A stretch of 63,027 nt of DNA, the filler included, from Choristocarpus tenellus KU-1152 (Eukaryota; Protista; Phaeophyceae), in the NCBI GenBank assembly GCA_964200185.2. It is 13 parts of 13 records of this genome, joined end to end, with 100 filler letters (N's around TTAATTAATTAA, not from the genome) between each part and the next. Parts side by side here need not be neighbours in the genome. Positions count along the whole stretch, not along the records: positions 24,294 to 32,487 come from CAXNAD020005016.1; positions 32,588 to 35,090 come from CAXNAD020027263.1; positions 35,191 to 38,583 come from CAXNAD020020340.1; positions 38,684 to 41,891 come from CAXNAD020021535.1; positions 41,992 to 49,202 come from CAXNAD020006525.1; 8 more parts are not named here. One strand, given 5' to 3'. Under the pieces are notes generated by a model that made no database searches, had not been told where the DNA came from, and was given only the letters and a program-made list of their open reading frames with translations. Of the stretch, positions 32,481-44,352 are shown one piece after another. Both the position numbers and the translations under genes were made by a program. Each line of letters begins with the position of its first letter. Within the stretch, counting starts at the first letter, position 1.

Positions 32481-33259
32481 CCGCCGCNNNNNNNNNNNNN
32501 NNNNNNNNNNNNNNNNNNNNNNNNNNNNNNNTTAATTAATTAANNNNNNNNNNNNNNNNNNNNNNNNNNNNNNNNNNNNNNNNNNNNTGCACGTTTCCTG
32601 GTTTGTTAACAAATGGACACCCTGGTTTCCCCCCCCCCCCCCCTCCCTGATACTTTGGGTCTTGTATCACACTACCTTACCGAATTCATTGCACTTGTGG
32701 TAGTGAATCTATTTTGGTGTAAATTACCCTGCGTCCAGGGAGTAACACGGCCTCCACCCAACTGTCATCCAAACAACAGACCAGACATATCTTCTGCTCT
32801 ATTTCGATCCTATAAATCACATTCAGGATAACTATGTGCTACTATTTTAGTCTTGGGTTCTAGAGAGAATTCATCCGCTAACACTCTAATATAGACGTTT
32901 CACTCTCACAAGGGTAGTCTCAATGGAAAACAGACGAAACATATCAAACAATAGAACTCTTACAAAATAAAACAGAAAAATCAAAGAGGTTTTCACATCT
33001 ACAGGTGAAGTGCTTGCAGAATGGTGACCTCAGCGTCCAGTCTCCACTTCCTGAACTCTCACCAATCTAGACTTTCATCCATAACAGTAAACATCTCTCT
33101 CATATTCCCCTTGTTCTCTCAAATCAGTCCAGGACATACTATTCTTAACGCCCCCCAGCTCTTGGACTGAGAGTAGATACGGTGTGTCCTCTAGTCTTCA
33201 GTAGATGTGAAGGGAAGTATGCAGATAACAACAAATAAAACACCGGAACTATCTCGTTC

Positions 33260-33520
33260 TTATCCTTCAAGCAGAGCGTTAGGATTGCATGCAATATTCG
33301 GGACAAATGCGACAGACGTACAAGTAACATGCACCCACTCATTGCAGCCAACACTGAAATTTCTATCAATCTTGCCATACCCCACAATGGGTAGTATGTT
33401 CCGTCAGCCACAGTCATTTTGCAGCCTAATGGACATGTGGTGATGTCAAAAATATACTTTGGGTCTTTCGTCACATTATTGAAAGTCCCCGAATCAAAAC
33501 ACTATGTTTCGAAAGCATTC
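33260..33520 (-). mobile_element. Ty1/Copia aspartic protease remnant
   Basis: ET*CFDSGTFNNVT...MTVADG..(frameshift) VGYGKI..VTCTSVAFVPNIACN matches W..DSG...HMT...V.VA.G...G.G...V..VP.L..N. Confidence 0.7.
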
Positions 33521-33736
33521 GTTCTCACCTTGCCATTTTCAGCCACAGCTGTTCCTAAATAGTGCTGCTGATACACATAGACACCACCGGTGGATTAGAT
33601 AATAGGATGGAGAGCCAGTGACAGATATATTATATGTACTGACTCATAGTGTTGATTGATTATGTTATCACGTTCAAGATGCACTTTCTATGCTTAAGAT
33701 AAATGAATAAGGAGTAAGTGATTCATAGTAAATTAG

Positions 33737-34500
33737 TGTGGACGATTACAAACCCCACACTATAGAAATAATAATGGTAGTCTATAGGCTATAGTCTTAC
33801 CCACTTAGTCAGCGGAATCGAGACCACAAGCCCCTTGTAATATTAACTTTGCATATCTACACCAAGCTATTCACCGTCTTTCATCAAAGCACCAAAGCCG
33901 CGGGTCCAGTGTAGAATATTTCAACACGTTACGTAGCGGACTGATTGTTACAGGGATGTTGTGCTGATCGACGAGGCTAGTGGCGAGCAAGTTATTGTGT
34001 ACAACAAGACATCTGCCGGCAACCCCATCAGGGTCACTAACCTCCCCACGTTCACTGGGAAATAGGGAGAGAATTCCCTAGCTTTTGCAGTGAGAGCCCT
34101 AGCTACCCTTGGAGTCTATGACTGTGACCTCGGTCTTCATGGCTCCGACGTCGTCTGTAGGGGATCAGTCTGGGCAGTGGACGTGGAGTCGAGGTAGAGA
34201 CTTCCAGCATAAAGTTAGTCAAGTTCTTCAAGTGGCGAAGGGAACTGCCATGCTCTGGTTGTGAGTGCGGGAAGGTGGACTGCTGGTAGCAAGGGTCGAG
34301 GAAAGGGCTGTGTAGTCTGTTTTACGTGTGGCAAAGATAGCCACACTAAGTACGACTGCCCCAACCTCGGTCAGGCTATAAGACTGGGGGGAGATGACGG
34401 CCAAGGTAGAAGATGCATGAGACGCATGGGGTTTAGTCACGAGGTGAGCGAATATCCCCTGACTTTTCGAGCCAGGGAGAGGACAGGAAGACCTTCTGGA
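33737..34500 (+). mobile_element. Degenerate LTR element 5' part: putative LTR 33737-33926 and gag with CCHC zinc knuckle
   Basis: TGTGGA...TCAACA segment, then NLPTFTGK*GENSLAFAVR and CFTCGKDSHTKYDCP (C-x2-C-x4-H-x4-C). Confidence 0.55.
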
Positions 34501-34990
34501 AGGAGTGCTGAGTAGGGACCGCATATGGTATCGACCACAACTCCTCCCCCAACCGAATCTCGAGAGGTGGAAGACATCAGTCCGAGACTGGAAAGGTTGG
34601 AAGGCTTCATCAGGAGCTCTTATTTCGGTGGCAGAGAACATTACCCGTTGTGACTGCTTCCCTTGTGTTAAGCTTTTTTCCGAATATTTCAACGACAGTG
34701 ACTAACATAGTCATTAAACTTCCTTCCTGGTCTAGCCGGTTCCTCTGTCTGATCCAGCTAGTTCTTCTGCCAACTTTAGCGAAGTTGCCCTCTGGCAACT
34801 TAAGTCGGGACACCCATCTCCGACTTTACCGGAGTCACCCTCTGGAGACTTAAATTTCCCACCGACTTAGGTGGTCCCACCCTCCTCTCAGGACAAACAG
34901 CTTGCTGGTGGCCTCAGATCCCGCAGCTGTATAATTTCCGTCCACCTTCCGATTCTTTTCTTTTTACCCTTACCGGCAGCATTCAGCTTA
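34500..34990 (-). mobile_element. Second, oppositely oriented gag remnant with decayed zinc knuckle
   Basis: Minus strand near 34890-34945 reads RKLYSCGI*GHQQAVCPE. Confidence 0.4.
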
Positions 34991-34997
34991 CCATACG

Positions 34998-35090
34998 GAG
35001 TCAAAGTATCTTAGAGGGTAGAGCCGCGTCCATTTGGGGGCCGAAATCCAATGTTGCGATTTCCACGTAATTTTATCCTTCGTATTTGTT
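34998..35090 (+). mobile_element. MITE family 1 left part, cut at contig end
   Basis: GAGTCAAAGTATCTTAGAGGGTAGAGCCGCGTCCATTTGGGGG. Confidence 0.85.
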
Positions 35091-35326
35091 NNNNNNNNNN
35101 NNNNNNNNNNNNNNNNNNNNNNNNNNNNNNNNNNTTAATTAATTAANNNNNNNNNNNNNNNNNNNNNNNNNNNNNNNNNNNNNNNNNNNNGCAAACGCAC
35201 GATCTGTGTTGCGTGGAAGAGTGGAGGGAGGGATACGGTGGATTAGTACCCCTTGTGTGTGGACACGGATGATGCAGTATGTTACTGGGTACCCTGTGGC
35301 AGTTAGGAAACATAGATTTGCCCAAT

Positions 35327-35586
35327 GAGTGAAAGTATCTTAGAGGGTGCGAATTTTGCCCTGTTCGTCCATTTGGGGCTTGGCTTCCCGTGGGTTTTTT
35401 ATTACATTTTCCTACTCCAAAATGTTTAGGAGTAGGTAAAATGTATATACGTTATGAAAAGGTGTGCCCAGAACATGGATATTGACACTTCCTAACAAAA
35501 ACGATGGCCAAAATTCCATGAAAATCGCAACGTTGGATTTTGACCCCCACATGGACCCGGCTCTATCCTCTAAGATACTTTGGCTC
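35327..35586 (-). mobile_element. MITE family 1 copy, TSD AAT
   Basis: TIRs at both ends; AAT at 35324-35326 and 35587-35589. Confidence 0.92.
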
Positions 35587-35624
35587 AATCATCACTGTAG
35601 CTTGTGTCCTACAAATCAAAAGAC

Positions 35625-36890
35625 TATTTCCACACACACCTTTGCGTGGCGTTTGTGATGTAGAACGGTCTCCACTTCACGAATGTCGACAGACAGGGTA
35701 ATGGTCCCGACGTCCCCTCCTGTTCGAATCTCTCCCTGAAGTTGGTGTAGACATCCTCATCTGTTCCAATCTGTGACCTGCTGTCACGTCAGTTGCGCCG
35801 CGTATATGTATTGAAATTATATTGAGTTGTGTTGGTCGAGGATGAACATGTTACAATGATTAATCCATAAAATGTCGAGGGTGGATACGTGCAATATTTG
35901 TGAGGATAACACTCGCTAGTGTAGAGTACCTCTGAGCGTGCAGTTGGCACAGTGCACCCGGGCGACAAACTCTCTTGTTCGTATGCGTGTCTAAATAGTG
36001 CATTCACTGGGTGGAATCGTGAGATGTGACCGGATCGTGGGGTATGGCGGTGCTGTTGCTCTCCCATGCAGTGATACCAAGAACATGTGCATCGGGATGC
36101 TGCACATCGAGCCGTTGCGAGAAGCTGTCCCTTCTCACGTCGAACACCCTTGGTCTGTCATCTTGTCTGAGGTAACGATGGGAGATGTGGGGCGTGTGTC
36201 GGTTGTGCACCAGGATATGAGGGATCATCCGAGCATCTGTTAGTGATGAAATGTTTTTCGACATATAGTGGATGTGTTCGCCCGTGGGCCAAGTTATGTG
36301 TGTCACACCATTGATGGTTGACGAGATCGAACTTCCATACCTGTGGGCGATGTCTTGAGGAGAGTAGCGAGGGGCGTGGGCGTTGGATCGGGGGACGATC
36401 TTCCATCGTCATTGGCAGCCGATGCGGAGGGGCTCGCTTGTCGTCGCATATCTCGTATGAATTTCGTGCGTTTATTGGCGGATGGAAGGGGTTGAAACGT
36501 CGATGTCACCCTGTCATCGCCTATTTCAACATCAGGAGCGATGCCAACGAGGATGGATTTGTATACCTGGCAGGTGAGCTCAATGCTAAGATCTTTCTTT
36601 ACACATTCTAGGAATGTCTTGACTTGGAGATCAGGCGTGGACTTGCGTTGTTCCCGAGCCAGCACAACCCGCAGTGCACTCGCCAACGGTGCAAATCTGC
36701 TTCTCTCATCCAACAGTCAAGAGGCAAGGTCGTTCAAAATGCGGCCGCTTCCTTCCATCTCTTCTGGACCATCATGGTTGGCAAACACGGAGAGGAAGAG
36801 GTCCATGATCTGGTCCGATTTGGATTTCTACTATGAACGAGCGGCACTGGTGTTGGGCAGTCTCTTTACTCCCCGTTTCCTGAGTAGGAT
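35625..36890 (-). pseudogene. Decayed DNA-transposase-like gene (Sola2-like N-terminal region)
   Basis: Long frames with premature stops consistent with C>T changes. They include DVRRDSFS...WESNSTAIP and RSQIGTDEDVYTNFRE...CLSTFVKWRPFYITNATQRC, resembling the Y..F...S.F...RP.....C segment I associate with Sola2 transposases. Confidence 0.4.
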
Positions 36891-37835
36891 CCAAACGAGG
36901 TTACGGTATGAGTTGGATGGGTTTGTTTCCCTTTTACATTAGCGATGTATCTTCATGATGCGAAGATACATAATACTGCATCTTTCTTCGGTGGAAGGGG
37001 CTTGCACAATGTTTGGTCACGAAGTGTTCCACAGAATACAGCCGTGTTGGATAACACCCCACTTTGAAAGCATGGAGAAGGGTGTGTTTGATACATCGAG
37101 AACCGAAATCGCTCTGATTAGAATATCCTGACAATGTGTGCATCGTAGATGCGGTCAATCGTGAGCCACATATCTAAAAGGTTACGAAAACGTACCATGA
37201 AGCGCGTAGGATGAAGTGAATGGGGATAGTTTGATGAACGGTAGAGCGTGCAAATTCATCTGAATTTTTTATTGGGAAACAGATCAAAAGTGCATGGTGG
37301 GTGTCGCCCCTGACACTATTGGCGCATTTATGTACTACAATTGATGTGTTCTGTCGAACGGTAAAGTAACGTGTAGGATGGGTTTTGTGGTGTAAGGGAT
37401 ACTGAACGTTTCATGTGTGATTTCGGTTAGCACGTATCCCCACACGCGCATACCATAGTATGCGCCCCTTTCTCTGTGGGGGATATGGGTTCGCGATTGA
37501 GCTTAGTAATATCATCGCAAGAGTCTGCGTATACCACTGGGCTAAATCCCTGATTCTCCATTGAGTTGTAAAAAACAGAAACAGATATAAATTGAGTACT
37601 ATGAAAGTGGTAATGAAGAAAAGGAGGCTCTTGTTCCCAGGGTCAGTCGCATGAATTGAGCAAGCTACTAAGTTTGTTAGTGCTTTGGGATTTTTTTTTG
37701 CAGATTGAGAGAAGAAGCAGAATGGGCAGGAGAAGCACTAACTGGTGAATGTGCTTACAAGACGGACGGCCATGAGAAGCGTACGATCATGGTTGACATG
37801 CGTCGTACAAGGGTAGCAATTGAACACAGGTGTAT

Positions 37836-38095
37836 GAGTCAAAATATCTTAGAGGGTCGAGCCGCGTCCATTTGGGGGCCAAAATCCAATGTTGCAATTT
37901 TGATGTAATTTTGGCTATCGTATTTTGTTAGGAAGTATCAATATCCTTGTTCCGGATACACCTTTTCATATTGTGCACATTTTACCTACTTTGAAACATT
38001 TTGGAGTAGGAAAATACCATAAAAAAAGACATGGTAAGCCAAACACCAAATGGACAAACAGGGCAAAACTTGTACCCTCTAAGATACTCTCGCTC
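37836..38095 (+). mobile_element. MITE family 1 copy, TSD TAT
   Basis: TIRs present; TAT on both flanks. Confidence 0.92.
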
Positions 38096-38117
38096 TATGC
38101 ATGTGAGGTTGTGATGA

Positions 38118-38376
38118 GAGTCAAAATATCTTTGAGGGTAGAGCCGCGTCCAGTTGGGGGCTAAAATCCAATGTTGCGATTTTGATTTAATTTTGGCCAT
38201 CGCGTTTGTTAGGAAGTGTCAATATCCATCTTCTGAACATACCTTTTGATAACATATTGATTTTACCTACTCCGAAACATTTTGGAGTAGGAAAATGTCA
38301 CTAAAAAACCTATGGGAAGCCAAGCTCCAAATGGACAAACAGGGCAAAACTTGTACCCTCTAAGATACTTTCACTC
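38118..38376 (+). mobile_element. MITE family 1 copy, 22 bp downstream of the previous one
   Basis: TIRs present; flanks TGA/TAG give no perfect TSD. Confidence 0.9.
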
Positions 38377-38683
38377 TAGTGGTAAGTCGAGAATGATGGT
38401 TTGGAGGCGTGCGGCTTAAAATAGGTTAGTATGTGGACAGCCGCAATTTTTGCCATACTTTGTCAAACGATAAAGTATGGCGAAAATGACATGAGGTGAG
38501 CAGATGAAGGAAGGGCGAAACATGACTTGGCATAATTTCATTATTGTGTAAGGGTCAGAGACGGTGTCAGGGTTAGGGCACAGNNNNNNNNNNNNNNNNN
38601 NNNNNNNNNNNNNNNNNNNNNNNNNNNTTAATTAATTAANNNNNNNNNNNNNNNNNNNNNNNNNNNNNNNNNNNNNNNNNNNN

Positions 38684-39047
38684 CCCGAATGGACGCGGCC
38701 CTACCCTCTAAGATAATTTGACTCCCTGGCTCCCCGTTGCCCTTGCAAGAAAGCTTGATGGACTTTAGGGACACCTGCTTATCGGTGCAGAGTCGAAGCA
38801 CTTAATAGAGTAAAGGTTTTGCCCTGTTTGCCCGTTCGGGGCTTGGCTTCTCACTGCTTTTTTATGCCCTTTTTCGGTTTTCTGTGTGAACATAGTTACC
38901 TCAAATGTATATGATTATGAAATGTGTGTCCAGAGCAAGGACATTGGCCCTTTCTAACAAACACAATAGCCACAATTCATCAATATCGCAACATTGGATT
39001 TATGACCCCAAACCGACGCAGTCCTACCCTCTTTAACACTTTGGCTC
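38684..39047 (-). mobile_element. MITE family 1 end (38684-38724) plus an older diverged copy (38790-39047)
   Basis: AATGGACGCGGCCCTACCCTCTAAGATAATTTGACTC; the second copy retains TTTTGCCCTGTTTG..GGGCTTGGCTTC..CAACATTGGATT..TTTGGCTC. Confidence 0.8.
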
Positions 39048-40108
39048 TGCATATCTCATTGGGAGTGCACTGCATACTTGGCCCAATACAGCCCTGCTCC
39101 TCCAGTATATTCTAGGAGCTACAGAAAAATAATCCTGACACTCTGCTGTTCATTTTCACATTACTGGACCTCATGGGTGGCAAACTAATTATAGATCAAA
39201 GGCGGGAACTCCATGAAAAGGATATATGGGGAGACTGCTAAACATACTGGGGGTGATTTAAATCAATCAGTGACATGGAAAGACGCCCAGAATAAGGGGC
39301 AGGAGAGGGAGGAAATAGGGTTGCGTCTGATCTCTAATAAAGAAACAGAGATTCCTGAAGGAGGGGTACAGACTGCACTGGTACCAGCTGACACAAGGAA
39401 AAAGCCAAAAGTTGGTGATGCCTTGGAAGAGGAGGATGTGATAGGTGAGTGCATAGCTTAGAGTCCAGAACAAGATTGAATTTAAAGCTATATTGGAGAG
39501 AAAGATGTGGAAGGTATGGGCATGATTCTGTACCAGGAATGAGATTGAAGGTAAAGATCTATTGTTGTGTGAGTCAGGGCAAACTGTCTCACATTCTTGC
39601 CAAATGTCAATTATTGCCAGAGGAGAATGTGGAGCACTTCCAGTGGGATGTGCCCATTGAATTTTCTCGTGAGGAATCTCTGAGGCTAGGGTGGGCCAAT
39701 ATCTTCACTCATTCCCAATATCTAAGATCTCACGGGAGGTGAGTTTTACTTGGATGACCAGCAGCATCATTACTGCAATTTCTATAGTGATCAACAAGCA
39801 AATACGATTCCTCCATGTGGAGAGATGGGCGTTGTTCATCTCTCAGTCTACCATAGGTTTCACAGTACAAATTGTCCATTAGCCGATTCAGATCAAGGAA
39901 AAGGGGATTTGTAATCTTGTCGCTAGGCTTGAGAAAGGGACAGGTGGCAAGCACTGCGTGTGAAGGGAGTTGTTGCAACCATGATAGGTTTGAGAAACAA
40001 CGTTGGTATTGGAGCTACGTCTCTAATACACATACACACAATTGGTACTTAGTTTGGGTGTGTTAATGTTTATGCACATTTTGTTTCGTTCATTTCCTAT
40101 TTCTGAGT

Positions 40109-40366
40109 GAGCCAAAGTATCTTAGAGGGTAGAGCCGCGTCCATTTGGGGGCCAAAATCCAATGCTGCAATTTCGATGTATTTTCGGTTATTGTGTTAGC
40201 TAGGAAGTGTCAATACCCTTGTTCCGAACACACCTTTTCATAACGTATACATCTTACCTACTCTGAAACATTTGGAGTAGGAAAATGTCATTAAAAAAAA
40301 CATGGGAAGCGAAGCCCCAAATGGACAAAAAGGGCAAAACTCGTACCCTCTAAGATACTTTCACTC
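40109..40366 (+). mobile_element. MITE family 1 copy, TSD AGT
   Basis: TIRs present; AGT at 40106-40108 and 40367-40369. Confidence 0.92.
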
Positions 40367-43300
40367 AGTCTTTGTGAAAGTAGGTAATGCTTGTAGTGAA
40401 CATTGCAACAAAGCACACCCCTTTCCCTCTCCCTACTTCCTGAGTCATCTTCTTCCCGACAAAACATATTGATAATGCCTGTCAAGGTATAACACTGTGC
40501 GGGATGGAACAACAGGTGTGATTTTCTATGTCAACACATCCACGGAAGAGTGTTTGGTCCAACCCCCTATCGAGGCATCTTGGCAACGTATCTTTGAGAC
40601 GAGCGAGGGGACTGGGCGGTGGCTGGGGCAACAGAAACAATGGGAGGTAAAACCAACCTGTTGCAGGACGGTCCTTTATCGTCCTCCTCAAGTAGCATAC
40701 TGTCCATCTCCTGAGTTTTAATCTTGCAATGGAGACATGAGTACAGCCATGCTAAGCACCATGAAGTTCACAATGACTTGTTCATCAATCGTTTTCACCA
40801 GGATAAAACTGCATGGCAGAATCATTCCCATAGTATTGGCTTGATTATTCTATGATGCAAACAATGAGAGACACACCCCAAAATGAAAAACATAGGTTCG
40901 TCAGGATGCAGATGAAAACGAGTTCTATTGCAGTGAAGCAGTTGCTCGGGTTCGCAGAGGGCGTCTTGTAGAAAATGTATTGACAAGAGACTTTCGATGG
41001 TAAGCTGCCAACATTGTGCGAGATATCTGTTGTGTAGAATCCAGTCCTGAAACAAACGTTTACTCCTTATCATTCGGTCGGTTGAGGGCTTGATAATAGA
41101 CACCTGTTGTAGCAACTACAAGAAATTGTGTGAGACTGACAGTGTCCAAGGCGGTCTAAACCTGCTGCAGCTATTTTGAAACTTCGACTTTTTTGTGTCT
41201 GTAGTATTGTCCATGCAATCTGATTACTTCACAACTCTGAAATATCTCTTCCTACAACAATACCGAGTAGCCACACACTTTCGAGACCAAAAACAATGCA
41301 TAACGTTGACTTCCCTAGCAATCCTGGACCCACATGTTGCAAATTGGTAGTGCATACTCATGACAAGGAGAATCCTCACTGCATTGTGCTCGGGCTAATG
41401 CATTTTGACTTGTACCGTGCCTTCCTGGCCTGACAGGGACCGTCCATATGAGGCAGTAATGCCTGTTGACCTTATAGCTGGAGACTACCCCTCATGCACA
41501 ATGCAGGTGAGATATAGGCCATGACAGGAGATAGTACCCTGGAGAACTTCTTTTGTGTCAGCAGTCGCTGCCCGTCTTACATAACCCTACCACAGGAATA
41601 TTGACCTGTCAGTGCCTTTAATTTTTGTTACACATATACACCTTCAAGCACTTCCTCGATGGGATCAGTATGCATGGCAGCTATGATAATGAGTCTTCCA
41701 AGATCAAGTGCTATCATCCAACCCCAAAGATCTACCATAGAACTCTGAAGAAACTCGGAAACTTAAATGAAACTCTTCCCCACTGCAGGTGGCTGGATAC
41801 AACCGTACAGAGCAACCTTGGTACATGTGTCAAGAGTGTGACGATGAATGGAAGGTACGGATACCCGCTTGCCTACCCCTGTTGTATGGGTNNNNNNNNN
41901 NNNNNNNNNNNNNNNNNNNNNNNNNNNNNNNNNNNTTAATTAATTAANNNNNNNNNNNNNNNNNNNNNNNNNNNNNNNNNNNNNNNNNNNNATCCTCATA
42001 GTCCCGCTCCATCCTCAATTTTGAGAATCCCCTGTTCTCTGTGGTAATATTGAATTTTTTCACCATATCCACACTAAAGACATACAACAATATATATATC
42101 AAATGAAAGGGTATGACAAGATGGTTTGAAGGTTTGTATCCACGAATGTCCAGGCTTCGGGGAACGGGAGCGATGTCCCGATTAAATAATGGAAAAAAAC
42201 GCGGGGGATCTCCGGCCCAATTTTGAGGGTCACGACTTCATCAATACGGACAAAAATGAAGTGATTGGCCGAACTCCTTGCCCAATTATCCAATAATATA
42301 AGAAGTGTGACTTGAGTGGCAACATTTTGTAGTATTTCATAGAATTGTCAGCTATGCTTCGCTGTTGGATCCAAAACCGTTGTTTGACTCTTTCACGTGC
42401 CCAATGTCCACAAGATACCACCGGTGCCTTGAAAGCAATTTCTTGCAGTATTACACAGAAGTGCCAGTTACATATATTATTGCTTGAATATTTTCAAAAC
42501 TGTTGTTTGACTGTTTCAACAGCCCGATATCCTTAAGATACTAATGGAGACTTGAGCAGCAACAGATCTTGAGCATTCCACCCATCTGGACAATTTCACG
42601 CCCTTACGTGTGTGTGTTGCGACAAGACAGCTCAGCGACGGTCTCACTTGCAACAGCCATAATGGACTTCTACTGACCTTCCATAAGCAGGATGGGTTAC
42701 TTCAGAGTGCAATGCTGTGCGTGAGTATCAGGAGTGAGCTGCGCTGGGGGGGAGAGGGTATGGAAATATCCTCCAGGCATTAAGTGGCTCCTGTGCTCCA
42801 TAGCCCCAATAGGAAAGGAGCAGCAGGAGGTGTGTGCACAGGTTAGCCTGTGGACGTTGGTCTGGTTGGACAACAGGAGAGAGAATATCCATCACTAAGC
42901 AGTCACACAGTGTTCGAGCAGCACAAGGAACAAAGGTACACACAGGTGTATGTGTGTGATCGGTGCCTGGGGGAAATAGAGAAGGAGAACCTACACCAGC
43001 TAGCAGCCACGGTTGTCCAGAGGAAAGAGACAGAAGAGTGCTGTGTTTGTCTGAGTAAAACTTCATCAAGCTAAACAAACATGTACGGCTATGGGGTCTG
43101 TACATGACTTTCAAAGTGGCAATAGAAGTCCTAAACTTGATCTAGGAAGCATCACAGGCTAGGGCCTTCCAGACAGCATATACTCAAATGGCATTCGAGG
43201 TCATCTATTCCTCAATCATTTTCAATTCTCGGACTACAGGTAAAAGGAAAAGGGGATGTCAGACGACAGCTACAAAAATCCACAGCACTGCATGCACCAG

Positions 43301-44352
43301 TATGTACATCGATCTTTTCGGAGTATATTTTCATTGATACATATTCTAAAGCGTAAAATACATGATAACCTCCATCAAGATTGAGATAAGCACCAATTCG
43401 TCCACTGGAAAGTACAGAAAACCTTTACACCTTTTCCCCGTGGTGTTGGGTCTTCTACGCATTCACTATCTCAGACCCCACCCACAGCCCTTTCACACCT
43501 GATCGTAAGGATCTTTGTTACACCTTCCCAATGTTTTAATTGTCATTGTTGTGGCCTCCATCAACATTTCCAAGTCAAAATGATACTCTTTCGAACCCCC
43601 TGTGCCACTCTTCATGTATCTGTTCTGCTGATCCCGCTCAGGGGTTCAGCCTGACCAGTCTCAGGTTGTTTGTGCTCTTTTGCTTGGACTTCAGCATGTC
43701 TCTTTGCCATCCTTCTGTTGAGATAAGCCGCCTGCCTTTCTCACCAAGTGGTGTTTGCCCCTACATAGAGCTGCTACAACAGCACAGTGCAAATAAATGC
43801 AAACAGATTAGGGCCAGCCAAAGACTAACAATCCTGGACCTACGTATTATGTCTCCCCTCCATTTTTGGCTGAACACGTCAGGTTTCAATCAATACTATA
43901 GTGTATCTCTTGATAAATTATAGACGCCCTTTGTGATGTGGGGGAAAGGTAAGCTAAACATGAGAACAAGGGAAAGACAAAGTGAGCCATTGCAACAGAA
44001 ACCTATGATGTGGAAAGCTCATCAAGAGTATTGAAAATAAGCAATGCTTGCAATTCATTGCGCCAAATTGGTTGGTGTGATGGTATGACTGAGAACCGTA
44101 ACCTCTGTTGCATGATAGTGAAATATATGTATGCATATATATCATGAAGTAGACCTTACGCCGTCCAATGGTTTCAGGTCTCACAACTTTGTTCTGTCTT
44201 GCTGTTCATTATTATTTCGCGGCAGAAAAAAGCACAATGCCAATTTTCCAGTGGGTCACCAACCCCTTTCCAAATTCTAATGCTGAAAGCCACTGCAACT
44301 GCTCTGACAAGGTCCTTGCCGCCCTCTCTACCCCTTTGCTGTGAAACCTCTG

